Shown here piece after piece: positions 1 through 11,165 of a DNA stretch of 58,184 nucleotides (position 1 is its first letter; each line of letters starts with the position of its first letter). The translations under genes were made by a program, and so were the position numbers. The DNA comes from Caulobacteraceae bacterium (lineage in GTDB: Bacteria > Pseudomonadota > Alphaproteobacteria > Caulobacterales > Caulobacteraceae): contig DATHPX010000283.1 of assembly GCA_035483335.1 (NCBI GenBank), forward strand, positions 1-58,184, read 5' to 3'. The notes below the pieces were generated by a model. It had not been told where the DNA came from, made no database searches, and worked only from the letters and a program-made list of their open reading frames with translations.

Positions 1-488
1 GCCAACACGAAGAAGAGCGCATAGGTGGCGTAAAGGAAAACCGAGACAAAGGTGAAGAGCCGCTCGACCGAGTCATTGCCGAAGGTCACCACCAGGGTGA
101 TCGCGCCCATCAGCAACAGCGACCCCACGACCGGCGGAGCGCTCGCGAGTCCGGAGACGATCGCTCCTGCCGCCGCGGCGAACACCGCAAGGATCACGAT
201 CATCGACCCCACATAAGTGACCTCGAACAGCGGCCAGAGAGGCCCGAGCAACCGCTTGAAGAAGGTTCGGTAGTCGCGGCTGCCGGTCTGCAGCGCGAAC
301 AGGAACGTCAGGCAGCAGACCGCGCTCCACACGGCGGCGGCCACCGCCATGCCAAGCAGCCCTCCCTTCGGGCCGCTGGGCATGAAGAAAGCGGCGAGCT
401 CACGGCCTGTGGCATAGCCCCCGCCGATCACCACCGCCTTGAAGGCGAAGCCCGGAAGGATGAGCCGCCGGAATATGTCCCGCTTCAT
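1..488 (-). CDS. YkvI-family membrane protein (3' part runs off the window)
   Basis: Not in the ORF track. Manual translation from ATG at 488 gives MKRDIFRRLILPGFAFKAVVIGGGYATGRELAAFF..., with the VIGGGYATGRE motif typical of YkvI, followed by hydrophobic helices. Confidence 0.8.
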   Translation of the reverse strand, partial: MKRDIFRRLILPGFAFKAVVIGGGYATGRELAAFFMPSGPKGGLLGMAVAAAVWSAVCCLTFLFALQTGSRDYRTFFKRLLGPLWPLFEVTYVGSMIVILAVFAAAAGAIVSGLASAPPVVGSLLLMGAITLVVTFGNDSVERLFTFVSVFLYATYALFFVL

Positions 489-614
489 TCCTTGAGCGCC
501 TCTGAGCCGGCGAGGCGCGAGGCGACTGGGGTCAGGCGGCAAGGATGAGGACGGGGTATCACGTCGCCGGGCTAGCCGACGCGCTCACGAGCGACAAGGA
601 CGACCGCCCGGTCC

Positions 615-1106
615 TCACGGCGCCTTGGTCGGTCCGGCTCCTTCGACGTGAGGTTGACGGCCCGCCCAGGCCCAACTGGCGATCTTCCAGTTTCCGCCTT
701 CGCGGCGCAGGGCGAACACCATGCGGGCTGTCTCGGCCGTCCGCTTGTCGTCCTGCTTGTAGGTCTCGGTCGCGGCGGCGACCACATAGGCGGTGTCCCC
801 CTCCGCCTGGGCCACGATCGGATCTCCCAGTTTCACCTTGCCGCCGGTGATGTGTCCCGCCTTGTTCGCCGCTGCATAGTCGGCGGCCCACTGCTTCATG
901 GCGTCCGGACCGCTCCAGGCGTGAGGTGGGAACTCGTCGATGAAGCTGGGCGAAGCCGTCAGAGTCTTGGCCGCGGCGCTGATATCGTTGCGGTCCAGGG
1001 CCGCAATGAACTCGCGCGGCGCCGCCATCAGTTCATCAGATGTTGCGGCAAATACGGTCGGCGCGCCGAGGGCCACGGCCAGCAGGGCCACAAGAGCTGT
1101 CTTCAT
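615..1106 (-). CDS. Secreted NTF2/SnoaL-like (DUF4440-type) protein
   Basis: Start MKTALVALLAVALGAPTVFA (signal peptide) after GGGAGG; C-terminal FALRREGGNWKIASWAW strand typical of NTF2 folds. Confidence 0.7.
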   Translation of the reverse strand: MKTALVALLAVALGAPTVFAATSDELMAAPREFIAALDRNDISAAAKTLTASPSFIDEFPPHAWSGPDAMKQWAADYAAANKAGHITGGKVKLGDPIVAQAEGDTAYVVAAATETYKQDDKRTAETARMVFALRREGGNWKIASWAWAGRQPHVEGAGPTKAP

Positions 1107-1147
1107 ATTTCGCCTCCCCAAGAAGAGGCGATGGGGACATGGAATTG

Positions 1148-2191
1148 TCAGGCTTGCAAGGCCGCCACGGCGCGGGCGCAGACACCATCCGGGTCGGCGC
1201 GATAGGCAAGCAGCCAGTCGCAGAACGCAGGTACGCCAACCGATGCGGGGGTCGCCGGCCGAAAGCCGGTCAGCGCTTCGAGCAGATCGGCGGAGGCGAA
1301 GGTCGAGGCCATGTCTCCTGCCTGCATCGGCGCCAAGGCGACCTGCGCGCGACGGCCAAGCGCCTCCTCGAGGATCGCCAGGAAGTCCATCAGGGGCACA
1401 GGCGAGCCGCCGCCGATGTTGACAGCGCGCCAGGGCGCGCCAGGGCTCAGGGAATCCGCAGGGCCGATGGGCCGCCCGGGCTCTGGAGCGAGAGCCGCCA
1501 GCCGAACCACGGCCTCGACGAGGTCGTCGACATAGGTGAAGTCCCGCTCCATCCGACCCTCGTTGAAGAGTTGGATCGGGCGTCCCTCGAGGATCGCCTC
1601 GGCGAAGCTGAACAAGGCCATGTCGGGGCGCCCCCACGGCCCATAGACAGTGAAGAAGCGGAAGGCGGTCGTGGGGATGCCCCAGACGTGCGCATAGGCG
1701 TGGGTCATCGCTTCGCCAGCCTTCTTGGTCGCGGCGTAGAGGCTCAGCGGGTGATCCGCGGCGTCGGTCTCACGGAACGGCGCCTGCAGGTTCGCGCCAT
1801 AGACCGAGCTCGTGGAGGCGAACAGGAAATGGCGGACGCCATGCTTGCGCGCGACCTCCATCACATTGAACGTGCCGGTCAGATTCGCATCCACGTACTC
1901 GCGAGGCGCTTCGAGGCTGTGGCGGACACCGGCCTGAGCGGCGAGGTGGACAATGATCTCCGGCTCGGCCTCTTGCGCCGCCCTCTGCAGCGTATCCGCA
2001 TCCTCGAGCCGCAAAATCTCGGCGCGGAAGTTCGGGCGGCTCTCCAGCACGCTATGCCGCCGCCGCTTGAGTTCGACGTCGTAATAGGGCGTCAACCCAT
2101 CGACGCCGGTGACCTGGTGGCCGTCGGCGAGCAAGCGCTTTGCGAGGTGGAAGCCGATGAAGCCGGCCGTGCCGGTGACGAGGATGCGCAC
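1148..2191 (-). CDS. NAD-dependent epimerase, UDP-glucuronate 4-epimerase-like
   Basis: VRILVTGTAGFIG, HLAAQAGVRHS, YAATKK, RFFTVYGPWGRPDMA; GTG start at 2191. Confidence 0.9.
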   Translation of the reverse strand: MRILVTGTAGFIGFHLAKRLLADGHQVTGVDGLTPYYDVELKRRRHSVLESRPNFRAEILRLEDADTLQRAAQEAEPEIIVHLAAQAGVRHSLEAPREYVDANLTGTFNVMEVARKHGVRHFLFASTSSVYGANLQAPFRETDAADHPLSLYAATKKAGEAMTHAYAHVWGIPTTAFRFFTVYGPWGRPDMALFSFAEAILEGRPIQLFNEGRMERDFTYVDDLVEAVVRLAALAPEPGRPIGPADSLSPGAPWRAVNIGGGSPVPLMDFLAILEEALGRRAQVALAPMQAGDMASTFASADLLEALTGFRPATPASVGVPAFCDWLLAYRADPDGVCARAVAALQA

Positions 2192-2271
2192 GGCGCCAAG
2201 CGTTCCCAAAACCCGCCAACAGCCCCTGCCCCGGCGGCGCCGACGATCTAGCACCGCCTCACGGCGAGCGC

Positions 2272-3405
2272 CTAATCGGCGAGAAGACCCTCGAGCCGCT
2301 CCACGGCCTCCAGAAAGTCGGCCTTGAAGTCCTGCACCACCTGCCCGGCCGGCCGGACCGAGTCCACAAGGCCCACGCCCTGGCCGACGAAATAGGTGAC
2401 CATCTCGCGCGCCTTCACATTGCCGGCCGCCGCCGCTCGGTCGGCCGAGCGAAGGGCGTTCTCGCTGACCAGGCTCATCAGCGGCATGGGGAGCGCCCCG
2501 GGGCTGGAAGGGTCCCGCTCCCAGGCCTCCGTCCACGACGAGCGGAGCTGGCGAGCCGGCTTGCCGGTCCGCACCTTCGTCCGCACGGCGTCGCGGGAGG
2601 ACGCTTCGATCATCTTTTCACGGAAGATCTCGCTGGTTTCCGCCTCGGGCGTGGCGAGCCAAACCGAGCCTGTCCATGCGCCCGCGGCGCCCATGGCCAT
2701 GCAAGCCGCCATCTGGGCGCCGGTCATGATGCCACCTGCAGCGAGGACCGGCACGTTGCGGATAGGCTTGATCGCCTTGATGACCTCCGGGATGAGCACC
2801 ATCGTCGTCACCTCGCCGCAGTGACCGCCCGCCTCGGTCCCCTGGGCGACGAGGATGTCGACGCCGGCGTTCACCTGGCGGATTGCGTGCTCCTTGGCGC
2901 CGACGAGAGCCGCGACCGGGACGCCGTGGCGGTGACCTTCTTCGATCATCTCAGGCGGGGGCACCCCCAGAGCGTTGGCGATCAGGCGGATCGGATGCTC
3001 GAAGGCGGCGTGAAGCACCGCCAAAGCGTTGTCGGGGTCGAACGGCTGAGGCGCGTCCTCGCGCACCGCACGCTCGGCGAGATCAACGCCCGCCTTGCCT
3101 AGCAGGTCGCGGGCGAAGTCGCGGTGCTGGTCGGGCACGCGGGTCCGCAGGCTGTTGTAGGTGACGTTGTGCTCGCCCGCGGTGGCCATGTTCTCAGGGA
3201 TCAGCACGTCGAGGCCGTAGGGCTTTCCATCGACGTGATCGTCGATCCACTTCAGTTCCTGACGGATCGACTCGGGCGAGTGTCCGGTGGCGCCCAGGAC
3301 GCCGAAGCCCCCGGCGCGGCTGACGGCAGCGACCACGTCCCGGCAGTGGCTGAAGGCCAGCAGGGGGAACTCGATCCCCAGCATCTCGCAAATGGGCGTC
3401 TTCAT
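2272..3405 (-). CDS. Nitronate monooxygenase family flavoprotein
   Basis: MKTPICEMLGIEFP start, AQGTEAGGH, VLAAGGI; ATGA overlap with the upstream gene. Confidence 0.85.
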   Translation of the reverse strand: MKTPICEMLGIEFPLLAFSHCRDVVAAVSRAGGFGVLGATGHSPESIRQELKWIDDHVDGKPYGLDVLIPENMATAGEHNVTYNSLRTRVPDQHRDFARDLLGKAGVDLAERAVREDAPQPFDPDNALAVLHAAFEHPIRLIANALGVPPPEMIEEGHRHGVPVAALVGAKEHAIRQVNAGVDILVAQGTEAGGHCGEVTTMVLIPEVIKAIKPIRNVPVLAAGGIMTGAQMAACMAMGAAGAWTGSVWLATPEAETSEIFREKMIEASSRDAVRTKVRTGKPARQLRSSWTEAWERDPSSPGALPMPLMSLVSENALRSADRAAAAGNVKAREMVTYFVGQGVGLVDSVRPAGQVVQDFKADFLEAVERLEGLLAD

Positions 3406-4958
3406 GCGGTCGGCTCCTTCAGCCGGGCGGGTTCGAACGTCTGCAAGATCGCACGCCCTTCGGCGTCCGGCGTCATCGAGACTCGCGCGCCGAGCGGCTC
3501 CTCGGCGGCCATGCGTCGCGCGAGTGTTCCGTCCGCACGGTCTGTGCGGGCCACGAACCGCGCTCCGCCGTCTCGAAGCGAGCCGACGACGATGCCCACA
3601 GGCTCGGGACGCGCAAAGTCGATGGTGTAGGTCTCCACGATGCCATCGCCGACTCCCGGAGCCGTGGGCGGCGTCGGCCAAGCGTCCACCTCCGCCTGCA
3701 GGTCGGCGTCATCGAACGTGGGGGAACGCGCGGGCTGGGTGGAATAGACGCCCACGGAATACTTCGAGAGGAAGCCGCCATTGGCCGTGACCATGCCCAT
3801 GGCGCCGGGCCTGGCGCGCAGGGCGTGCGCCATTTGGGCGATGCCATGCATCGAATAGTTGTTTCCCGCCCCTCCGAAGTACGGCAGCCCGCCGGTGACC
3901 GTCAGAGGTCGAGGATCGTCTGCAGCCATGCCCAAGCCATCACGGACATTGAACACGGCGATCGGGAAGCAGCTGTAGAGGTCGAACAGGTCGATCTTCT
4001 CGGCCCCCACCCCGGCCCGGTCCAGGGCGCGCCTTGCCGCCATCACCGAGGCTGGGCTGACCGAGAGGTCCTGTCGCTCGATCGGCGTGCGCTCCCTGAC
4101 ATCGGCCGCGCCGTGGAGATAGACGAAGCGATCGTCCGGCACGCCCAGCTCGCGCGCCCGGCGCACGGACGTCAGCAGGACGGCCGCGCCCTGGTTCGTC
4201 TGGTCACGCGCCACCATGCGCCGCGGAAAGGGGTCGGAGGTGAGCCGGTTAGGCCCGGTCACGGTCGCCAACTCTTCCGCAGTGTAAATCTCCCGGGACA
4301 TTGCGTGGGGATTGGCGGCTGCGATGCCGGTGAACGGGGCGAACAGCCGCCCCATCTCGAGCGCATAGGCTTCCCGCGAGAGGCCGAGCCGGGCCCGGCG
4401 GGCGTTTTCGAACAGGGCGTAAACAGTGATCGGCGTGCGCCCATCATGACGGCCGAGTTCGCCGGTAATCAGCGCCTCGCCATAGCCGCGATCCTCGAGT
4501 TCGCCTCCCACCTCCTCCGACCAATCGCGCTTTTCGCCCCGCGAGGCGAGGTGGCGGATCGTCGAGATCGCCTCAGCCCCGCACAGGAGCGCCATCTCCG
4601 CCTCGCCCTTGGCGATGGCGCGGGCGAACTCGTTGACGAGGTGCTGGGGCCCCTGCCCGCCCACCGGCTCGAGGATGGCCCGCGCGGGGTTCGCCCCGAT
4701 CCGCTTCGCCACGGCGCGCGGGAAATTGTCGGAGCGGCCAAACGGCGCCTCCGCCCGTGGGGAAGAGGTCTCGAATTGGCGCACGGCGGCGACGACATCG
4801 ATGTGCGGGGCCAGGGGTTCGCGAGCCCCGGCGTCAGCCAGCGCCGCCGCGGCGGCGGCTCCGGCGAGGTCTGCCGGCGATAGTCCCCGCCACGTCGGCT
4901 CGTCGATCCGCTCCGACGCCTCGCCCACTCCGATCAGGACCGGAACCCTGTCGTCCAC
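3402..4958 (-). CDS. Thiolase-like protein (acetyl-CoA acetyltransferase family, TLP1-type)
   Basis: PVLIGVGE start, DLYSCFP, TGGLPYFGGAGNNYSMH, extra C-terminal domain (IVETYTI...). Confidence 0.8.
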   Translation of the reverse strand: MDDRVPVLIGVGEASERIDEPTWRGLSPADLAGAAAAAALADAGAREPLAPHIDVVAAVRQFETSSPRAEAPFGRSDNFPRAVAKRIGANPARAILEPVGGQGPQHLVNEFARAIAKGEAEMALLCGAEAISTIRHLASRGEKRDWSEEVGGELEDRGYGEALITGELGRHDGRTPITVYALFENARRARLGLSREAYALEMGRLFAPFTGIAAANPHAMSREIYTAEELATVTGPNRLTSDPFPRRMVARDQTNQGAAVLLTSVRRARELGVPDDRFVYLHGAADVRERTPIERQDLSVSPASVMAARRALDRAGVGAEKIDLFDLYSCFPIAVFNVRDGLGMAADDPRPLTVTGGLPYFGGAGNNYSMHGIAQMAHALRARPGAMGMVTANGGFLSKYSVGVYSTQPARSPTFDDADLQAEVDAWPTPPTAPGVGDGIVETYTIDFARPEPVGIVVGSLRDGGARFVARTDRADGTLARRMAAEEPLGARVSMTPDAEGRAILQTFEPARLKEPTA

Positions 4959-5043
4959 GCGCTCGCCTCCGTTACTTCTCCCTTCCCCTTCGCGCGCTCG
5001 GAGGGGCCTGTCGAGCCTGACGTAAGGGGAAGGCGATCGACAA

Positions 5044-5712
5044 TCAGCGCTTGAGCCAGCGACCCGCGAGGAGGCCTGAGCCGATCCAGATTACCGCGGC
5101 GACGATCAGCAGGAGGATCGGGAGCAGGCTGCGGCCGCCGAGCGCGGCGATCACTGAGCTTCCGGCGAAAGCCGTGAGGAGGATCTTCGGCAGGATGCCA
5201 ATCGCCGTGCCTGCGGCGAAATCGGTCAACCGCACGGCTGAAACGCCGGCCGCCATGTTGACCACCACGAACGGCGCGAGCGGGGCGAGGCGTATGGCTA
5301 GGCTGGCGATGAAGCCGTTCCTGGCGATCGTCGCGAGGATTCGCGTGATCGTCTCACCGTGCAGCCGCTTCAAAAGGTTGGCGCCCCACGCCCGGCCGAG
5401 GCCGAAGCCGACCAGCGCGGACACCATGGTTCCGACCCAGCTGTAGACGGCGCCCAGCGTTGGTCCGAAGGCCGCCACCGCGGCCGCTATCAGGACGAAC
5501 TGCGGCACGCCCAGGAAGGCCAGGGCGGCGAATGCGGCGACGGCGACAGGAAGCGCCCAAGGTCCGCGCGCGGCCGCCAGCCACGCCTTCGCCGTGGCCG
5601 CCCCCGAGAGCCCAAGAAGACCGGCGCCGAACAGAAAGATCAGGCCGACGCCGCCGAACAGGACGAAGGCGATGGTTGCGGCGCGCCAGTCCGCCGGTCG
5701 CCGCGCGGCTAT
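5044..5712 (-). CDS. TVP38/TMEM64 (DedA/VTT) membrane protein; start uncertain
   Basis: FVLFGGVGL, GVPQFVL, IRLAPLAPFVVVNMAAG, GTAIGILPK motifs. Confidence 0.8.
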   Translation of the reverse strand: MAARRPADWRAATIAFVLFGGVGLIFLFGAGLLGLSGAATAKAWLAAARGPWALPVAVAAFAALAFLGVPQFVLIAAAVAAFGPTLGAVYSWVGTMVSALVGFGLGRAWGANLLKRLHGETITRILATIARNGFIASLAIRLAPLAPFVVVNMAAGVSAVRLTDFAAGTAIGILPKILLTAFAGSSVIAALGGRSLLPILLLIVAAVIWIGSGLLAGRWLKR

Positions 5713-5719
5713 GCGAGCC

Positions 5720-6616
5720 TCACTCGAAGACCGCCCCGGTCCGCTGGCCGGGCAGGTTGAGGCCCGGCATCTCCCGCTTGGGCAAGGCCGCGAGAGCGGA
5801 GCTTGCGGCCGCGGAATCGAAGCCGGCGAGGATCCGATCAAAGCGTGCGGCGACGGCGGCTTTGAACTCGGGGTGGGTGAAGACATAGAGCTCGTCGGCT
5901 TTCACCGCCTCGGCCACGCGATTTCCGACGGCCTGGGCGTCGATGCCGCTCAGCACGGGCGAAGGCGGCGCGTCTGCGGGCGGCGCGGGCCGATCGTCGG
6001 GCCCGTAGGACTCGGTCCGGTTGCGGCGGCTCTCGTGGATTCGGGTCTTCACGAAGCCCGGGCAGAGGATAGACATCCCAACGCCCCGAGGCGCGAGTTG
6101 TTGGGCCCAGCCCTCGCTCATGCCCAGCACAGCGTACTTCGTGGCGCAGTACGGCTCCATGCCGGGCGGGCTGACGAGACCCGCCATCGAGGCGGTGTTG
6201 ACGAAATGGCCGCCCTCGCCGTGGCTCAGAATTAGCGGCGTGAAGATCTCCATGCCGTAGACGACGCCGTAGAGGTTGACGTCGATCACCCAGTTCCAAT
6301 CCCGCTCCGACACCTGACCGAGCATGCCCCCGGCGCCGACGCCCGCATTGTTGCAGACCACGTGGACTTTTCCGAAGCGGGCGATCGTCTCCAAAGCGGC
6401 CGCCCGGAGGGAATCACGCCGCGTCACATCAGCGACCACGCCTTCGGCCTTCACCTGAGCGGCGCGTAGCTCCTCGACCGCCATCTGCAGCGCCTGGGAC
6501 TCGATGTCAGCGATCATGACCGACATGCCCTCGCGGCCGAAAGCCCGCGCCATGGCGAGGCCGATACCGCTGGCGCCCCCCGTAATGAAGGCCACCTTGC
6601 CCTTGAGATCCTGCAT
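5720..6616 (-). CDS. Short-chain dehydrogenase/reductase
   Basis: TGGASGIG, NNAG, YCATK. Confidence 0.9.
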   Translation of the reverse strand: MQDLKGKVAFITGGASGIGLAMARAFGREGMSVMIADIESQALQMAVEELRAAQVKAEGVVADVTRRDSLRAAALETIARFGKVHVVCNNAGVGAGGMLGQVSERDWNWVIDVNLYGVVYGMEIFTPLILSHGEGGHFVNTASMAGLVSPPGMEPYCATKYAVLGMSEGWAQQLAPRGVGMSILCPGFVKTRIHESRRNRTESYGPDDRPAPPADAPPSPVLSGIDAQAVGNRVAEAVKADELYVFTHPEFKAAVAARFDRILAGFDSAAASSALAALPKREMPGLNLPGQRTGAVFE

Positions 6617-6735
6617 GCGCGCCTTCCTTGCCGTTTCCCGATCCGGCTATCCGCGTGCACGCCGGCGCCGTCAAGCCGACCGCTTGTCGATCTTCCGGCT
6701 CCCGATTTGTTGCGCTGCAACGAGGGGAGTCCTAA

Positions 6736-7974
<1,239 letters not shown>

Positions 7975-8005
7975 GGCACACTCGGCCGCTCTGGAGGTCG
8001 AACCG

Positions 8006-8182
8006 ATGAACGACGTCGTGAACCTGAGGGCGGCGCGAAGGGCGAAAGCCAGGGCCGACAGCAAGAAACAGGCGGCTGCGAACCGCGCCGCCTTCGGTCG
8101 CACCAAAGCCGACAAGGCCACCGACGCCGCGGCGAAGGAACGGCTGGATCGCGCGCTGGACCAGGCGCGCCGGGAGCCTTGA
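8006..8182 (+). CDS. DUF4169 family protein
   Basis: MNDVVNLRAARRAKAR...NRAAFGRTKA; GGAGG upstream; usually paired with RHH_4. Confidence 0.8.
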   Translation: MNDVVNLRAARRAKARADSKKQAAANRAAFGRTKADKATDAAAKERLDRALDQARREP

Positions 8183-8397
8183 GCGGCCTCGTCAAACGCT
8201 CGCTGCTGGTCGCCGGACACTCTACGTCCGTGGCGCTCGAGCCGGAGTTCTGGACCGCCCTGGATGCGATGGCCGCCCGTCGCGGCGTGCCCCTGAGCGC
8301 CCTCGTCGCTGAGATAGACGCCGCCCGCGCCGGACGTCCGCTCGCCTCAGCCTGCCGCGTCGCCGCGCTAGGCTTCGCTCAGGCTGGCGACGACTAG
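8179..8397 (+). CDS. Ribbon-helix-helix (RHH_4) protein
   Basis: KRSLLVAGHSTSVALEPEFW...LASACRV. Confidence 0.85.
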   Translation: MSGLVKRSLLVAGHSTSVALEPEFWTALDAMAARRGVPLSALVAEIDAARAGRPLASACRVAALGFAQAGDD

Positions 8398-8463
8398 ATT
8401 CGCAGCGCTAGCCGGCAGGGCGCGTGCTGCATATGTTCCGCGCATGACTCGGACTCGCCACGC

Positions 8464-10773
8464 GTGAGCGACTTACCCTCCCCCCGCATATCTGACCTCG
8501 CACGCGTGGCGGCGGGACCAGACCTGCTGTCCGGTCTCAATCCCGAGCAGCGCGAGGCGGTGGAGAGCCTGGACGGTCCAGTGCTCGTACTGGCGGGCGC
8601 AGGCACTGGGAAGACGCGCGTGCTGACCCATCGGCTGGCGCATATCCTCAGCACCGGGCGCGCACGGCCGTGGGAGCTTCTGGCCGTCACCTTCACCAAC
8701 AAGGCTGCGCGCGAGATGCGCACGCGCATCGAGGAGCTTGTCGGACCGACTTCGGAGGGGCTGCGCTGGCTCGGCACCTTCCACTCGATCGCCGCGCAAA
8801 TCCTGCGCCGTCACGCCGAACTGGTGGGCCTGAAGTCCAGCTACACGATCATCGATGTCGACGACCAGGAACGGCTGATCAAGCAGTTGCTGACGGCCGA
8901 GAACATCGATCCGAAGCGGTGGACGCCGCGTCACCTCGCCGGCCTGATCGACCATTGGAAGAACCGCGGCTGGACGCCCGCGGCCGTGCCCGAGCACGAG
9001 GGGGCGCATTTTGCCAACAACCGCGGCAAGAGCCTGTACGCCCAGTACCAGGAGCGCCTGCGGATCCTCAACGCCTGCGATTTCGGCGACCTGCTGCTGC
9101 ACAACATCGCCATCTTCACCGGCCACGCAGACGTGCTGGAGACCTACCACCAGCGTTTTCGATACCTGCTCGTCGACGAGTACCAGGACACCAACGTCGC
9201 CCAGTACCTGTGGCTGCGCCTGCTCGCTCAGAAGAGCCGCAACCTGTGCTGCGTGGGCGACGACGACCAGTCGATCTACGGCTGGCGCGGGGCGGAGGTG
9301 GACAACATCCTGCGCTTCGAACGCGACTTCCCCGGCGCCAAGGTCATTCGCCTCGAGCGCAACTACCGCTCGACATCACACATCCTCGCCGCGGCCTCGG
9401 GCCTGATCTCCGCCAACCGCGACCGGCTGGGAAAGACGCTTTGGACCGAAGCGGAAGGCGGGACGAAGGTCCAGGTCAGCGGCGTGTGGGACGGCGAGGC
9501 CGAGTCGCGCCTCGTCGCCGAAGGGATCGAACGCTGGCGGCGCGCCGGCCGACGCTATCGCGACACCGCGATCCTGGTGCGCGCCTCCTTCCAGATGCGG
9601 GCTTTCGAAGAGCGCTTCGTCCTGCTGCAGATTCCGTACACGGTGGTCGGCGGCCCGCGGTTCTTCGAGCGCGCCGAGATCCGCGACGCCCATGCCTATC
9701 TGCGCCTCGTTCAGTCCGCGGACGACGACCTCGCCTTCGAGAGGATCGTCAACACACCACGGCGGGGCCTGGGCGAGACCACGGTCCAGAAACTGCTGAC
9801 CCTGGCCCGCGAACGCGGGGTGTCGGCCTCCTCGGCGGCGACGGACCTGGCCTTCAGCGACGAGCTGGCCCCGCGCACGCGGACGGCCCTGGCGAACTTC
9901 CTGCGCGACCTGGAGCGCTGGCGCGGACGCATCGACGACACCCACCACGCGCGGCTGACCGAGACCATCCTCGAGGAAAGCGGCTACGTGGACGCCTTGC
10001 GGCTCGACAAGGGACCGACCAGCCAGACACGGCTGGAGAACCTCAAGGAGCTCGTGCAGTCGATGGGCGCCTTCGAGAGCCTGTCGGCCTATCTCGAGCA
10101 CGTCTCGCTGGTGATGGACCTGGATCGCGGCGCAGGCGAGGACGCCGTGCAGATCATGACCCTGCACTCCGCCAAGGGCCTGGAATTTCCGCTCGTCTTC
10201 CTGCCCGGGTGGGAAGAAGGCGTGTTCCCGAGCCAGAGGAGCCTCGACGAGTCCGGGTCCAAGGGCCTCGAGGAAGAGCGCCGGCTGGCCTATGTCGGCC
10301 TCACACGCGCGCGCGAAGAGGCGAGGATCATCTTCGCCGCGAACCGTCAGGTCTATGGCCGATGGACCAGCCAGCTGCCCAGCCGGTTCGTCGATGAGCT
10401 ACCCGCCGCGAACGTCGAGGCAAGCTCCGAGACCGGCTACTACGGAGGAGGTCCCGGACTGCGCGAGGGCCCAACGCGCTGGGACGAGACCAACTACGGC
10501 TCCGGCTACGACAGTCCGGGATGGCGGCGAGCCCAGGCGCGCGGCTACGCCGGCGGCCCACCCGGCCGCACCCAGGTGATCGAGGGAGAAGGTCGTCTCG
10601 TCGCGGTGTCCGACCCGGACTCACCGAGCGCCTACGCTCGCGGCGACCGCGTGTTCCACCAGAAATTCGGCTATGGCCGCGTGACGGCGGTGGAAGGCAA
10701 CAAGCTCACGGTCGCCTTCGACGCGGCGGGCGAGAAGCGCGTGATCGACAGCTTCCTCACGCCCGCCGGATAA
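8464..10773 (+). CDS. uvrD: ATP-dependent DNA helicase UvrD/PcrA
   Basis: AGAGTGKT, TFTNKAA, VDEYQD, GDDDQSIY, LHSAKGLEF, EERRLAYVGLTRA, C-terminal Tudor-like VFHQKFGYG. Confidence 0.95.
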   Translation: MSDLPSPRISDLARVAAGPDLLSGLNPEQREAVESLDGPVLVLAGAGTGKTRVLTHRLAHILSTGRARPWELLAVTFTNKAAREMRTRIEELVGPTSEGLRWLGTFHSIAAQILRRHAELVGLKSSYTIIDVDDQERLIKQLLTAENIDPKRWTPRHLAGLIDHWKNRGWTPAAVPEHEGAHFANNRGKSLYAQYQERLRILNACDFGDLLLHNIAIFTGHADVLETYHQRFRYLLVDEYQDTNVAQYLWLRLLAQKSRNLCCVGDDDQSIYGWRGAEVDNILRFERDFPGAKVIRLERNYRSTSHILAAASGLISANRDRLGKTLWTEAEGGTKVQVSGVWDGEAESRLVAEGIERWRRAGRRYRDTAILVRASFQMRAFEERFVLLQIPYTVVGGPRFFERAEIRDAHAYLRLVQSADDDLAFERIVNTPRRGLGETTVQKLLTLARERGVSASSAATDLAFSDELAPRTRTALANFLRDLERWRGRIDDTHHARLTETILEESGYVDALRLDKGPTSQTRLENLKELVQSMGAFESLSAYLEHVSLVMDLDRGAGEDAVQIMTLHSAKGLEFPLVFLPGWEEGVFPSQRSLDESGSKGLEEERRLAYVGLTRAREEARIIFAANRQVYGRWTSQLPSRFVDELPAANVEASSETGYYGGGPGLREGPTRWDETNYGSGYDSPGWRRAQARGYAGGPPGRTQVIEGEGRLVAVSDPDSPSAYARGDRVFHQKFGYGRVTAVEGNKLTVAFDAAGEKRVIDSFLTPAG

Positions 10774-10780
10774 ATCAGCA

Positions 10781-10871
10781 CGGAGCGCGGACGTCCTCGT
10801 CCGCTTTTTCTGTGCAGATCCGCCGCGGTTCAAGAAGTGAAGGAAGAGCGGACGAGGACGTCCGCGCTCCG
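10781..10871. repeat. REP doublet (REPIN-like inverted pair)
   Basis: cggagcgcggacgtcctcgtccgct (10781-10805) and its exact reverse complement (10847-10871) with a 41-nt spacer; each arm has an internal palindrome gcggacg-tcct-cgtccgc; lies between convergent genes. Confidence 0.8.
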
Positions 10872-10876
10872 AAGGC

Positions 10877-11086
10877 TCAGCCCTCCAGGTCCTCCGCGAG
10901 GATCGGCATCTCGAACATGAACGAGCCGTCCTCGTCCTCGTCCTGGTAGACAACGCCGATATGTTCACCACGCACCTCGACTTCGGCAGAGTCTTTCTGC
11001 TTCGGGCGGGCCTTCAGCTGGATGTGCGGGTTGCCGAACGTGCGCTTCAGGTGCGCTTGAATTCGGTCGATGTCCTTCTGGTCCAA
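10877..11086 (-). CDS. DUF3126 family protein
   Basis: LKRTFGN...RPKQKDSAEV...DEDEDGSFMFEMPILAEDL. Confidence 0.85.
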   Translation of the reverse strand: MDQKDIDRIQAHLKRTFGNPHIQLKARPKQKDSAEVEVRGEHIGVVYQDEDEDGSFMFEMPILAEDLEG

Positions 11087-11165
11087 ATCGGGGCTCCGAG
11101 GGTAAGCGCGACGAGAGAGGGAGCCTTATTGGGCCGCCGCGCCCGAAGCAACGGCAAGCGTACGC

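Noticed and set aside
1148-3681. N-terminal extensions in the ORF track (epimerase from 2536, NMO from 3681; likewise 13917, 21018, 36042)
   Set aside because: They overlap neighbouring genes or promoters; downstream starts with an RBS match the family N-termini.
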